64,000 nucleotides of DNA, taken from the NCBI GenBank assembly GCA_964512325.1, contig CAZEGN010000001.1, positions 17,517 through 81,516 of the forward strand, in the 5' to 3' direction. This document shows, piece by piece, positions 1 to 7,884 of this stretch (position 1 is the stretch's first letter; each line of letters opens with the position of its first letter). The notes beneath the pieces are model-generated. The model ran no database searches. It worked only from the letters and a program-made list of their open reading frames with translations, and was not told the DNA's origin. This DNA comes from an uncultured Candidatus Peribacteria bacterium. GTDB taxonomy: Bacteria > Patescibacteriota > Gracilibacteria > RBG-16-42-10. The translations under genes were made by a program, and so were the position numbers.

Positions 1-128
1 CGGTCATTTGTACCAGCCGCAATGCCAGTAAGAACCCCGACCGTAGACACCAATCCATCCTGTAAACCAAAAATAATATCTCTAATCCCAGTAAGTAGCG
101 CTTCACGCCAAGTCTGTCTTTTTGCCAT
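1..128 (-). CDS. VIT1/CCC1-family metal transporter, N-terminal fragment (gene runs off the left edge)
   Basis: Reverse-strand ATG at 128-126 translates to MAKRQTWREALLTGIRDIIFGLQDGLVSTVGVLTGIAAGTND. The xxDGLVS...GxAxG pattern matches the first helix of VIT-family proteins. It is absent from the ORF track because it is truncated. Confidence 0.5.
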   Translation of the reverse strand, partial: MAKRQTWREALLTGIRDIIFGLQDGLVSTVGVLTGIAAGTND

Positions 129-192
129 GAAAGATGGTTAATACGTGCTTCATACTAATTGAATGCGGTAGCTAGTTCTATAGATCAAACCC

Positions 193-221
193 TTGACACA
201 ATCACGTTATGATTGGATAAT
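193..221 (+). promoter_or_regulatory. sigma-70-type promoter candidate for the 249..767 gene
   Basis: TTGACA (193-198), an exact 17-nt spacer, then GATAAT (216-221), lying 27 nt upstream of the ATG at 249. Confidence 0.45.
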
Positions 222-248
222 AATAGTGCATAACAACATAAACACGAC

Positions 249-767
249 ATGGCCGCTCTTCATACTGACATAACCATGGTTAGTAAAAAAGGAAAAGTTT
301 GCCCCCTATGTGGTCACACTATGACCACACGTGAGAATGCTACCACTTTCTGGGAGAATAAAAAGGGTAGATATGCTTACTATTGTGAAAATAGTAATTG
401 CTTGCATAAAATTCCACTGCTACAAGCCGAGATTGACATGCTCCGCTTAGAGCAGAGTCTTTTAAAGTGGGAAATTGACATTGATACTATTGGTCCAGAT
501 GTCTTCAATCAATATGAGCTTAATGACCTACTAAAATCCCTTAAAAAGACCATTCGCTACCTGCGGGATGAAAATGGAACACTTACTGCCAAAGAGTATT
601 TCTTACAAGAATTGAATAACCCTGGCGGCAAAAAAAGCCATCCTTGGAAATGGCGCACCTTAGTTATGCCTGTGGCTTTATTATTACTCACCCTTGGGAC
701 AATTGGCCTCTGGGGATCTGATATTGGTGATATGATGCAAGCAAGTATTTTATCAATACTACGTTAG
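249..767 (+). CDS. hypothetical zinc-ribbon protein with C-terminal transmembrane anchor
   Basis: CPLCGH...CENSNC forms a four-Cys ribbon. The middle looks coiled-coil-like, and there is a hydrophobic C-terminal segment (TLVMPVALLLLTLGTIGLWG). No recognisable family. Confidence 0.5.
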   Translation: MAALHTDITMVSKKGKVCPLCGHTMTTRENATTFWENKKGRYAYYCENSNCLHKIPLLQAEIDMLRLEQSLLKWEIDIDTIGPDVFNQYELNDLLKSLKKTIRYLRDENGTLTAKEYFLQELNNPGGKKSHPWKWRTLVMPVALLLLTLGTIGLWGSDIGDMMQASILSILR

Positions 768-776
768 TCATAATTA

Positions 777-2735
777 CTACGCACTTGCTGCGGCACCAAT
801 TAAGCCCTCAGCCGGAATAGCTTTATAAACAGATACAATATCATTCTTCTCCTCTGTGCCATCGGGACGAATGATTTTTTGTGTCCACTTCACTGTACGC
901 CCCTGATGTGCAGCTTTAGTAATTTTCACCTGACCTGGAGGCAAACTATCAGTAGCAGCCAAAATTGGTGCAGGCGGAGCTACCCAACCAGATTTATTTG
1001 GCCCCGTTAGCTCTACCTTGCGCCCATCACTTGTGCCATATATACGCACATATGCCTCCACACCCCGGGTATCAGTCTGAATGAGAATATAATTATTCGT
1101 ATCATTCACAAATACTAGGTCCTGTGACCCAGGATAAATTGTGGCATCAATACCCGACATTGGGTCATTATCCCCCACATAATAGGAAACAAGGTAACTA
1201 TGAGCACGACGTTCAAGCACATCCAGTCCACCTAAAACCAAGGCCCGATACATAGTAGTCGATACCTGACAAAGCCCCCCACCCGCTTCAGGAACAGTTT
1301 TTTTCCCACCTTCCTTAATTACCAACTCCTCTTTCCAGCCTTCACTGACCGTGACATTTCCCAGCAAGCTATTAAACGATAGTTTATCTCCCGGAGCCAA
1401 AAGCAAATTATTATAAATTGCCAGCCCCTTCTTCACATTGAAAATACGAGCACTGCTTGAGCCCGCAAAATTTGAGTGCCCCACTCCGAGCACATCTTTT
1501 AACCCCAAATCAATACCACTACTAGAAATAAAACTGGCCGGCTGATAGAGAACAGGCAAAGTCACCACTTTGTTTTCTTCGCCTTCTGATCGAAAGGCCT
1601 CCTCAACGAGGTCTCGTGCCCTAAACTGATCTACTGTATAGCCATCACGCAAAGTGCCTGAAACAACAGCGTACTTGCTATTATTAGCAGGCAATTCAAC
1701 CATAACGTCTTCTTTTGCTTGCTCTATTGCAGGCAAAATCGTGTTACCGATTAGATCTTGCCACTTGATATAATTCATTGCGACCTGCAATTTGCCATCT
1801 TTGGGGTCAAATTCTAACCATTGCCAATCCTTTGCAGGAGCAATTTCTGCCTTTACCTTTTTCGCCTGATGCTCATACGCAATAGTAACTGTCTTTTTTA
1901 GCCACTTTTCGCTTTCTTTGATGGCTGCATATGCCTCTTCATCACTAATCTCCGGCGTGCCTTCAAAAGTTTTTACAATTACAGGCAAAGCATGCCCCTG
2001 TTCGAGCATGGTAGTGACTGTAGTAACAATAGTAGCGAAGTCTGCGGTGCGGTGACTCTCGGCTGGAATAATAGCAAAATAGGGCTTATTTTGGGTATCT
2101 TGAGCAAGATATACTGAGGCATTTTTTGGTGGCTGAGCAATACTAGGAATATTTGACTGCAATGTCTCAGTCAAAATTGTGGAATTCACACGCAAGCCAG
2201 TTTCAATTCGAGTTGGCAAAAATAGGGCACCCCAAACATCGTGTCGCTTACGAAGCTTTAACTCCTGCAAAACACGATCAAAATCATAAGTAATACCAGA
2301 ACCCATAACAGGAATAGTATAGGTACTACCATCCACTATGAAGTTTAGATCCTTCTGCGTTAAGGTCGCAAAGTTTTGTCGTAAGCTTTGTTCTGCTTGT
2401 TCATAAGACAAGCCCGCCACCGGAATACTACCTACATATGTATTAGGCAATACTTTATCTTGATAAAATCTTTCAAACCCATAGTAAACGCCGGCACCTA
2501 TTAACACTAAGGCTAATGCCATTAATACGGTGGTATTGATCAGCGGCCATAGCCAAGACCACAATTGAGCGCCTTGTTTATCATCAGTCACTGGCACTTT
2601 TTCCTCTGCGGTGCTTACTGCCTGCACAACAATTTCTTTCTCCACAGTCGTACTAGCCGCCGGCTTTTTTGTTGCAATCGACTTGGCCTGATGTTTGCGT
2701 TTTTTCTTGGTCGACTTTTTTTTCTTTTCAGCCAT
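777..2735 (-). CDS. VanW-family protein with N-terminal TM anchor and C-terminal G5-like domain
   Basis: Lys-rich N-terminus followed by a TM segment. VanW-type core GGGLCQVSTTMYRALVLGGL...ERRAHSY. C-terminal QVKITKAAHQGRTVKWTQKIIRPDGTEEKNDIVSVYK resembles a G5 domain. Confidence 0.75.
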   Translation of the reverse strand: MAEKKKKSTKKKRKHQAKSIATKKPAASTTVEKEIVVQAVSTAEEKVPVTDDKQGAQLWSWLWPLINTTVLMALALVLIGAGVYYGFERFYQDKVLPNTYVGSIPVAGLSYEQAEQSLRQNFATLTQKDLNFIVDGSTYTIPVMGSGITYDFDRVLQELKLRKRHDVWGALFLPTRIETGLRVNSTILTETLQSNIPSIAQPPKNASVYLAQDTQNKPYFAIIPAESHRTADFATIVTTVTTMLEQGHALPVIVKTFEGTPEISDEEAYAAIKESEKWLKKTVTIAYEHQAKKVKAEIAPAKDWQWLEFDPKDGKLQVAMNYIKWQDLIGNTILPAIEQAKEDVMVELPANNSKYAVVSGTLRDGYTVDQFRARDLVEEAFRSEGEENKVVTLPVLYQPASFISSSGIDLGLKDVLGVGHSNFAGSSSARIFNVKKGLAIYNNLLLAPGDKLSFNSLLGNVTVSEGWKEELVIKEGGKKTVPEAGGGLCQVSTTMYRALVLGGLDVLERRAHSYLVSYYVGDNDPMSGIDATIYPGSQDLVFVNDTNNYILIQTDTRGVEAYVRIYGTSDGRKVELTGPNKSGWVAPPAPILAATDSLPPGQVKITKAAHQGRTVKWTQKIIRPDGTEEKNDIVSVYKAIPAEGLIGAAASA

Positions 2736-2748
2736 AAGAACTCGTTAA

Positions 2749-3051
2749 CTAATCTGTCTCATTCTCTCTACGTGGTAGTAGCTCTTTTGTTAATACAGTT
2801 ATTTTTACCAGAGCCTGTTTTACTTCTGGCGACTCCAATGTTTCCTCAATGACATTGCCTATTTCTTGGAGCATAGCGCTATATTCATCCTTGAGTAAAG
2901 CTAGTTGTCCTAAAGCTCCTTCTTGCTCTCCTTTCTCACTTAGCTCTTGGCGCAGTACCGACCCTTTCTTTGGTGCAAAAAACATCCCAATTACTACTCC
3001 GCCAATAAGTGCCCATAGCCAGTAAAGTGATTGTTTTTTTGCTTTAGCCAT
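2749..3051 (-). CDS. YtxH-like small membrane-anchored protein
   Basis: N-terminal TM LYWLWALIGGVVIGMFFAPKKG followed by a helical, Glu-rich tail, as is typical of the YtxH family. Confidence 0.55.
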   Translation of the reverse strand: MAKAKKQSLYWLWALIGGVVIGMFFAPKKGSVLRQELSEKGEQEGALGQLALLKDEYSAMLQEIGNVIEETLESPEVKQALVKITVLTKELLPRRENETD

Positions 3052-3055
3052 AGAA

Positions 3056-4831
3056 TTAATTAGTTGGTAAAGAGACTTTAATATTTGCCTCGCGTAGTTC
3101 TTTATCCGTTAAAGGACTAGGTGCACCTAATAATAGATCTTGTGCAGTTTGATTCTTAGGGAAAGCAATTACTTCGCGAATATTAGGCTCATTAGCAAAC
3201 AGCATAACCAAACGATCAAGGCCCCAAGCAATACCACCATGTGGTGGGGCACCATAAGTAAACGCTTCTAACATATGACCAAAGCGACGCTCAGCGTCTT
3301 CTTCGCTGATATTCATGAGTTTAAAAACCTTTGCTTGCAATTCGCGTTCATGAATTCTCATTGAGCCACCACCAATTTCAATTCCATTCAGCACCACATC
3401 ATGCGCAACAGCACGTGCTTTTTCAGGATCAGTTTCAAGTAAAGCAATATCTTCTTGCATTGGGCGAGTAAACGGATGATGCATGGCTGACAAATTTCCG
3501 GTCTCAGCATCACGTTCAAACATGGGAAACTCAGTTACCCACAGATATGCAAGTAAACTCTCATCAATTAAATTTTGCATTTTCGCTACTGCTAAACGAA
3601 CTTGCCCCAAACTTTCACAAGCAACCGTGAATTTATCAGCACTAAAGAAGGCAATATCCCCTTTTTGTAAGCCTAGTTGCGCAACTAATTCCTGTTGGCT
3701 TTTTTCATCCAAAAACTTTAAGAACGTTGATTTTATTTCACCAGATTCTTCCATCGACATATAAGCCAAGCCCTTTGCACCTTTGCTTTTGGCAATATCA
3801 GTCAAATCATCAATCTGTTTGCGACTAAAATTAGCGCCGCCCGGAACACGCATCGCCTTCACCACACCACCTCTTTGTACAGTATCGCTAAACACCTTGA
3901 AACCACTTCTACCCATAGCTTCTGAGACATCCACGAATGCCAAATCAAAGCGGATATCTGGTTTATCACTGCCATAATTGCTCATTGCATCCAACCATGT
4001 CATGCGCAAAAAAGGCTCATGAACTATTTTCTTTTCAGGCATGAACTCTTTGCTTAACTCGATCAAAATTTTCTCATTAAGTTGCAAAATATCTTCCTGG
4101 GTTACAAAAGAAAGCTCCTCATCCAACTGTGTAAATTCAGGCTGTCTATCCCCACGCTGATCTTCATCGCGGAAGCAACGTGCAATTTGAAAATATCTTT
4201 CTAGTCCAGCCACCATACACAACTGCTTCAGCTGTTGAGGACTTTGTGGCAACACATAAAAAGACCCAGGATGCAAACGACTTGGCACTAAGTATTCGCG
4301 TGATCCTTCAGGTGTGCCTTTAATCAAAATTGGCGTCTCAATTTCTAAAAAGCCATTGGCAGTAAAGTAGTCACGAATACGTTTAATGACTAAATGGCGC
4401 AGCTTCAAATTGCTCTGCATACGAGCACGCCGCAGATCTAAGTAACGATACTTAAGGCGCAGCTCTTCATTGGCAATTTGATCCTCATCAATTGAGAATG
4501 GTGGAGTTTTTGCAGCATTCAAAATTTCAAGCTTAGTTGCATGAATTTCAATGTCTCCTGTAGCAATATTGCTATTTCTCATCCCTTCAGGACGCGCAAC
4601 AATTGTACCAGTCACAGACAATACAAACTCTGATCGAATCCCTTCAGCAAGAGCATGAGCTTCACCATTCACTGATGGATTAAACACCACCTGTGTAATA
4701 CCATCGCGATCGCGCAGATCAATGAAAATAAGTTCCCCATGATCACGACGACGATGCACCCAGCCGGCGATAGTCACTTCACTACCAGCCAAATCTTTAG
4801 ATAATTGAGAAGAAAATTTATTGCGAAACAT
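3056..4831 (-). CDS. aspS: aspartate--tRNA ligase
   Basis: Class II aaRS motifs: FYVLPQSPQQLKQL, QIARCFRDEDQRGDRQPEFTQLD, GGGSMRIH and GAPPHGGIAWGLDRLVM. Full-length at 591 aa. Confidence 0.95.
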   Translation of the reverse strand: MFRNKFSSQLSKDLAGSEVTIAGWVHRRRDHGELIFIDLRDRDGITQVVFNPSVNGEAHALAEGIRSEFVLSVTGTIVARPEGMRNSNIATGDIEIHATKLEILNAAKTPPFSIDEDQIANEELRLKYRYLDLRRARMQSNLKLRHLVIKRIRDYFTANGFLEIETPILIKGTPEGSREYLVPSRLHPGSFYVLPQSPQQLKQLCMVAGLERYFQIARCFRDEDQRGDRQPEFTQLDEELSFVTQEDILQLNEKILIELSKEFMPEKKIVHEPFLRMTWLDAMSNYGSDKPDIRFDLAFVDVSEAMGRSGFKVFSDTVQRGGVVKAMRVPGGANFSRKQIDDLTDIAKSKGAKGLAYMSMEESGEIKSTFLKFLDEKSQQELVAQLGLQKGDIAFFSADKFTVACESLGQVRLAVAKMQNLIDESLLAYLWVTEFPMFERDAETGNLSAMHHPFTRPMQEDIALLETDPEKARAVAHDVVLNGIEIGGGSMRIHERELQAKVFKLMNISEEDAERRFGHMLEAFTYGAPPHGGIAWGLDRLVMLFANEPNIREVIAFPKNQTAQDLLLGAPSPLTDKELREANIKVSLPTN

Positions 4832-4942
4832 AATAATTACAAGAAATAGAGAGCAGGCACACTATACGATGGCTAAAGGCAATTCGCAATGAGCAATGAG
4901 ATGAACAGTTACCCTTTTTTACCGACACTCTACTTCCTTCAC

Positions 4943-4977
4943 AATTCCGAATCCCGACCTCCGAATTCCGAATTCTT
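4943..4977. repeat. heptanucleotide tandem array (AATTCCG type, about 5 units)
   Basis: Units are aattccg aatcccg acctccg aattccg aattctt. The array abuts and overlaps the hisS stop codon (4976-4978). Confidence 0.85.
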
Positions 4978-6280
4978 ACATCACGCTCATCTTGCTCACA
5001 ACCTCAGTCAATTTAAGTGTTTGAGACTCGCCGGTTTGCATATTTTTAAGTTGAATCTTGCCATCTTTAAATTCATCGGGGCCCAGAATAAGCACGTATG
5101 GGAATTCCAAGTCATTAGCATACTTCAGCTGCTTAGCCATTTTTTCCGCACCACCAGGATAGACCATGCTGCGCTTGCCTACTGCTCGAAGTTCAGCTGC
5201 AATCCGGTTCACCTCAGGCAACATGTCATTGTTAAAGGCTATCAACAAAATCTCTGGCGCAATTTTGGGGAAAACCAAAGGGTGCTCTTGGAAGAGCTGA
5301 AACAGAGGTTCAATACCCACACTAATGCCGACACCAGGCAAATCACGATCACTGAAAGTATTGGCCAGACGATCAAAACGTCCCCCTCCTCCCAGTGCAG
5401 TTTTACCGAATACGGGCAAGGTAGTCTCGAAAATGATGCCTGTATAATAATCTTGTCCGCGCACGAGATTTAAGTTTAGGAAAATGTTTCGTTCATTCAC
5501 ACCGGATGAAAGAGCCAATTTCACAATCTCCTGCAAATTGTTCACTGCTGCCAAGGCTTCAGGCACTGATTGCAACTTTTCAGATAACCAGTTTCCTGTC
5601 TTTTCAAAATCTGTTTCCTGCCACAATAAAAATTCTCGAATAATAGGCAAAGCGGCAGCTGAAATGCCACGCTCTAACAGTTCTTTTTCTACGCCATCAA
5701 TACCAATTTTATCAAATTTATCAATAGATCGAAGTGCTTCCACATGTTTTTCCTCTGGAACACTAGCCAAAGTTAGTATGCCCTTTAAAATTGCCCGGTG
5801 ATTGATATTGATTACAAAATCATCAAATCCCAAAGCCTTCATACCAGTGCTCATCACGGCTAACATTTCAGCATCCGCCACAGGACTGGTTGTGCCCACA
5901 ATATCAATGTCGCACTGATAAAACTCTCGTTCTCTGCCTTTTCTAGGAGCATCAGCTCGCCATGACCTAGCAATCTGATAGCGCTTAAAGGGAAATTTGA
6001 TTTCATTTTGATGCTGCACAACCACACGCGCTAAAGGCACAGTTTGATCAGCACGTAGCACGACTCTTCTACCACCATTATCTTCAAAGCGGTACATCAA
6101 CTTCTCATCATTGCCCATTTTCCCCAAAAAGATTTCTTCATATTCCAAAACAGGCGTATGTAGCTCGCCATATCCATATAGTTCAAAAGTCCTGCGCCAG
6201 GTATCCATCAAATAACGTCGCAAGTACATTTGCTTAGGCAAATAGTCCGAAAACCCCTGGAGTGTGCGTGCTTCAATCAT
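4976..6280 (-). CDS. hisS: histidine--tRNA ligase
   Basis: Contains LHTPVLEYEE, the motif-2 region YQIARSWRADAPRKGREREFYQCDIDIVG, and the GGGGRFDRL HisRS signature, plus a C-terminal anticodon-binding domain. Confidence 0.92.
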   Translation of the reverse strand: MIEARTLQGFSDYLPKQMYLRRYLMDTWRRTFELYGYGELHTPVLEYEEIFLGKMGNDEKLMYRFEDNGGRRVVLRADQTVPLARVVVQHQNEIKFPFKRYQIARSWRADAPRKGREREFYQCDIDIVGTTSPVADAEMLAVMSTGMKALGFDDFVININHRAILKGILTLASVPEEKHVEALRSIDKFDKIGIDGVEKELLERGISAAALPIIREFLLWQETDFEKTGNWLSEKLQSVPEALAAVNNLQEIVKLALSSGVNERNIFLNLNLVRGQDYYTGIIFETTLPVFGKTALGGGGRFDRLANTFSDRDLPGVGISVGIEPLFQLFQEHPLVFPKIAPEILLIAFNNDMLPEVNRIAAELRAVGKRSMVYPGGAEKMAKQLKYANDLEFPYVLILGPDEFKDGKIQLKNMQTGESQTLKLTEVVSKMSVM

Positions 6281-6320
6281 ATAAGCTAATTAGCAAGCGC
6301 AGTGTAAAGGAAAACTGTTT

Positions 6321-6369
6321 GAAATTACAAGTTACAAATTACGAATTACAAATTGCGAATTACAAATGA
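6321..6369. repeat. heptanucleotide tandem array (CAAATTA/CGAATTA type, 7 units)
   Basis: Units are gaaatta caagtta caaatta cgaatta caaattg cgaatta caaatga. The array lies upstream of the hisS start. Confidence 0.85.
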
Positions 6370-6456
6370 GGATCGTGATCAAAGCTGGATTCAACTCGGG
6401 GCTTTGATAATTTAAAAAGAGTGACGCATCTTGCCGCCACTCTCTCCCCTCCTTTA

Positions 6457-6484
6457 CATTTTGAATTTTGAATCTTGAATTCAT
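6457..6484. repeat. heptanucleotide tandem array (AATTTTG/AATCTTG type, 4 units)
   Basis: Units are cattttg aattttg aatcttg aattcat. The array lies just 3' of the stop of the SLH-protein gene (6491). Confidence 0.85.
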
Positions 6485-6490
6485 TTATTG

Positions 6491-7483
6491 TTATTGCACA
6501 ATTACACTGCCCATCATTTCAGTTTGAAAAATTGAATTATAGTTGAATGTGCCCTTATTTCTGAAAGTAAAAGAAAAGGTTTGATTTTGCGCCATTGCGC
6601 CAGAATCAAAGTAATTGGCATCACCAACACGTAAATCTTTCACGGTAACTGTATGAGTAGCAGTGTCGTTATTCTTCCACACAACAGTATCGCCTGCATT
6701 CACTGTGATCGCAGGGGGATTGAATGCAAAGTTCTGCATTGCGATATTTACTGTCTTCGGTGCCACAGAAACTGTAGCGGTTGGTTGAGCAACACCACCG
6801 AAAGGAGAATAGTTATTCTGCTTAATCACGAGCAAACGATACATCATTTCAGCTGTTTCACCACGCTTCATACCGATACCAGTTCCAAAAATATTGCCAT
6901 TAGCTGAGATCAAATTTTTCTGAATTGAGAAATAAATAAAGGGTGCCAAATCAATGGTCTGTGGAGCATCGAGAAGGTAATAATTAGTAGGAGCATCAGG
7001 CATCAAATTATTAATCTTCAGCAAAATTTTTGCAGCTTCACCACGAGTCACCGGTGCATCTGGTCTAAAAATCCCCTCGCCATATCCTTTTACAGCACCA
7101 GTGGCATATGCCCAGTTAATGTACTGCTTGAGAGCATGATTATTAGCTACATCACGAAATGCAGGGGTCTGATTAGCAAAACTATTCGTAGCAATACCAG
7201 CGCCATTAATAGCAATTTTTAGCAATTCTGCTCTTGTCACTACGCCATCAGGTCGGTAGAGACCGTCAGGGTAACCGTTGACAATATTGCGATCACGCAA
7301 GTATTGCACCGCTTGATAATTAGGGTGACTATTAGGCACATCTGGAAAATTCTGTGCAAACACTTGCCCAACTCCCATGACCAGAGAAATGGCCATGATC
7401 AGTGACGAAGCAAGCGCTCGTCGAGCAAATCCTAAAATCATGATCAAAAAGTTTAATGCAGACCAAATAGTAAGCGAAGTCAT
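6491..7483 (-). CDS. secreted SLH-domain protein with C-terminal cupredoxin-like domain
   Basis: Signal/TM LIMAISLVMGVGQVFA. SLH repeats FPDVPNSHPNYQAVQYL...GYPDGLYRPDGVVTRAE and FRDVANNHALKQYINWA...GYGEGIFRPDAPVTRGE. C-terminal FAFNPPAITVNAGDTVVWKNNDTATHTVTV. The start is moved to Met26 (7483) because the longer ORF overlaps tRNA-His. Confidence 0.75.
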   Translation of the reverse strand: MTSLTIWSALNFLIMILGFARRALASSLIMAISLVMGVGQVFAQNFPDVPNSHPNYQAVQYLRDRNIVNGYPDGLYRPDGVVTRAELLKIAINGAGIATNSFANQTPAFRDVANNHALKQYINWAYATGAVKGYGEGIFRPDAPVTRGEAAKILLKINNLMPDAPTNYYLLDAPQTIDLAPFIYFSIQKNLISANGNIFGTGIGMKRGETAEMMYRLLVIKQNNYSPFGGVAQPTATVSVAPKTVNIAMQNFAFNPPAITVNAGDTVVWKNNDTATHTVTVKDLRVGDANYFDSGAMAQNQTFSFTFRNKGTFNYNSIFQTEMMGSVIVQ

Positions 7484-7551
7484 CACTGATTGTCTAGCAA
7501 AAATCTTTACAAATCGGCACAAACATATTAATTTGCGAAAGCAGATTTTCT

Positions 7552-7629
7552 GACGCACGTAGCTCAGTTGGTTAGAGCATCAGGTTGTGGTCCTGAGGGT
7601 CGTGGGTTCAAATCCCATCGTGCGTCCCA
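7552..7629 (+). tRNA. tRNA-His (anticodon GTG) with genome-encoded G-1 and CCA
   Basis: Manual cloverleaf: G-1, acceptor ACGCACG/CGTGCGT, D arm GCTC-AGTTGGTTA-GAGC. Anticodon arm TCAGG-TTGTGGT-CCTGA, variable GGGTC, T arm GTGGG-TTCAAAT-CCCAT, discriminator C, CCA. Confidence 0.9.
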
Positions 7630-7746
7630 ACGAGCACACAGTGCGAGTCTTCGCCTCCAGCTTCGTCTTCGTCTCGCCTCACTCCTCATCACTTGAGCTT
7701 ATTGAGCATGCTCGAAGACGGAGGACAAGACGAAGACGCAGAAAAG
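7630..7746 (+). repeat. GC-rich structured element immediately 3' of tRNA-His (shares a box with the tRNA-Arg flank)
   Basis: CGAGCACACAGTGCGAGTCTTCG starts 2 nt after the CCA. It is followed by GTCTTCG/CTTCGTCTT motifs and a complementary right arm, TGCTCGAAGACGGAGGACAAGACGAAGACG. Confidence 0.7.
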
Positions 7747-7884
7747 AATGAATGAATAAGGGCTGATTTCTTTAGAGGCAACTTTTCTTCAACTTAGTCT
7801 GCTATCAGCCTCAATTCATTCACCATATTTGCATTTTTAAAATTTTTCCTTTTATACTGGCGCAGTAACTCCTCTCTTTATTTC

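Noticed and set aside
4832-4942. T-box or other riboswitch leaders might lie upstream of aspS, hisS and thrS.
   Set aside because: The leaders are short (about 110-210 nt) and dominated by heptamer arrays. I could not find a T-box consensus (AAnnnGGGTGGTACCGCG-like) or a specifier/antiterminator architecture. An Infernal scan would be needed to be certain.
4889-5473. A 194-aa plus-strand ORF lies opposite hisS.
   Set aside because: It is antisense to a well-supported aaRS gene, and its N-terminus translates the heptamer array. The many other 60-145-aa antisense or alternative-frame ORFs inside aspS, topA, thrS, mfd, mreB, virB4, the VirB6-like gene, PMT and elp3 (for example 3483-3764, 9942-10361, 50358-50711, 53102-53539 and 54761-55084) are rejected for the same reason.
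7506-7534. A promoter for tRNA-His might be present (TTTACA, 17-nt spacer, TAATTT).
   Set aside because: The -10 hexamer matches only 3 of 6 consensus positions and there is no supporting evidence. It is too weak to list as a feature.
7484-7558. The ORF track extends the SLH-protein ORF at its N-terminus (MRQKICFRKLICLCRFVKIFARQSV).
   Set aside because: The extension overlaps the 5' end of tRNA-His on the opposite strand and precedes a normal signal-anchor sequence. The start at Met26 (7483) is more plausible.
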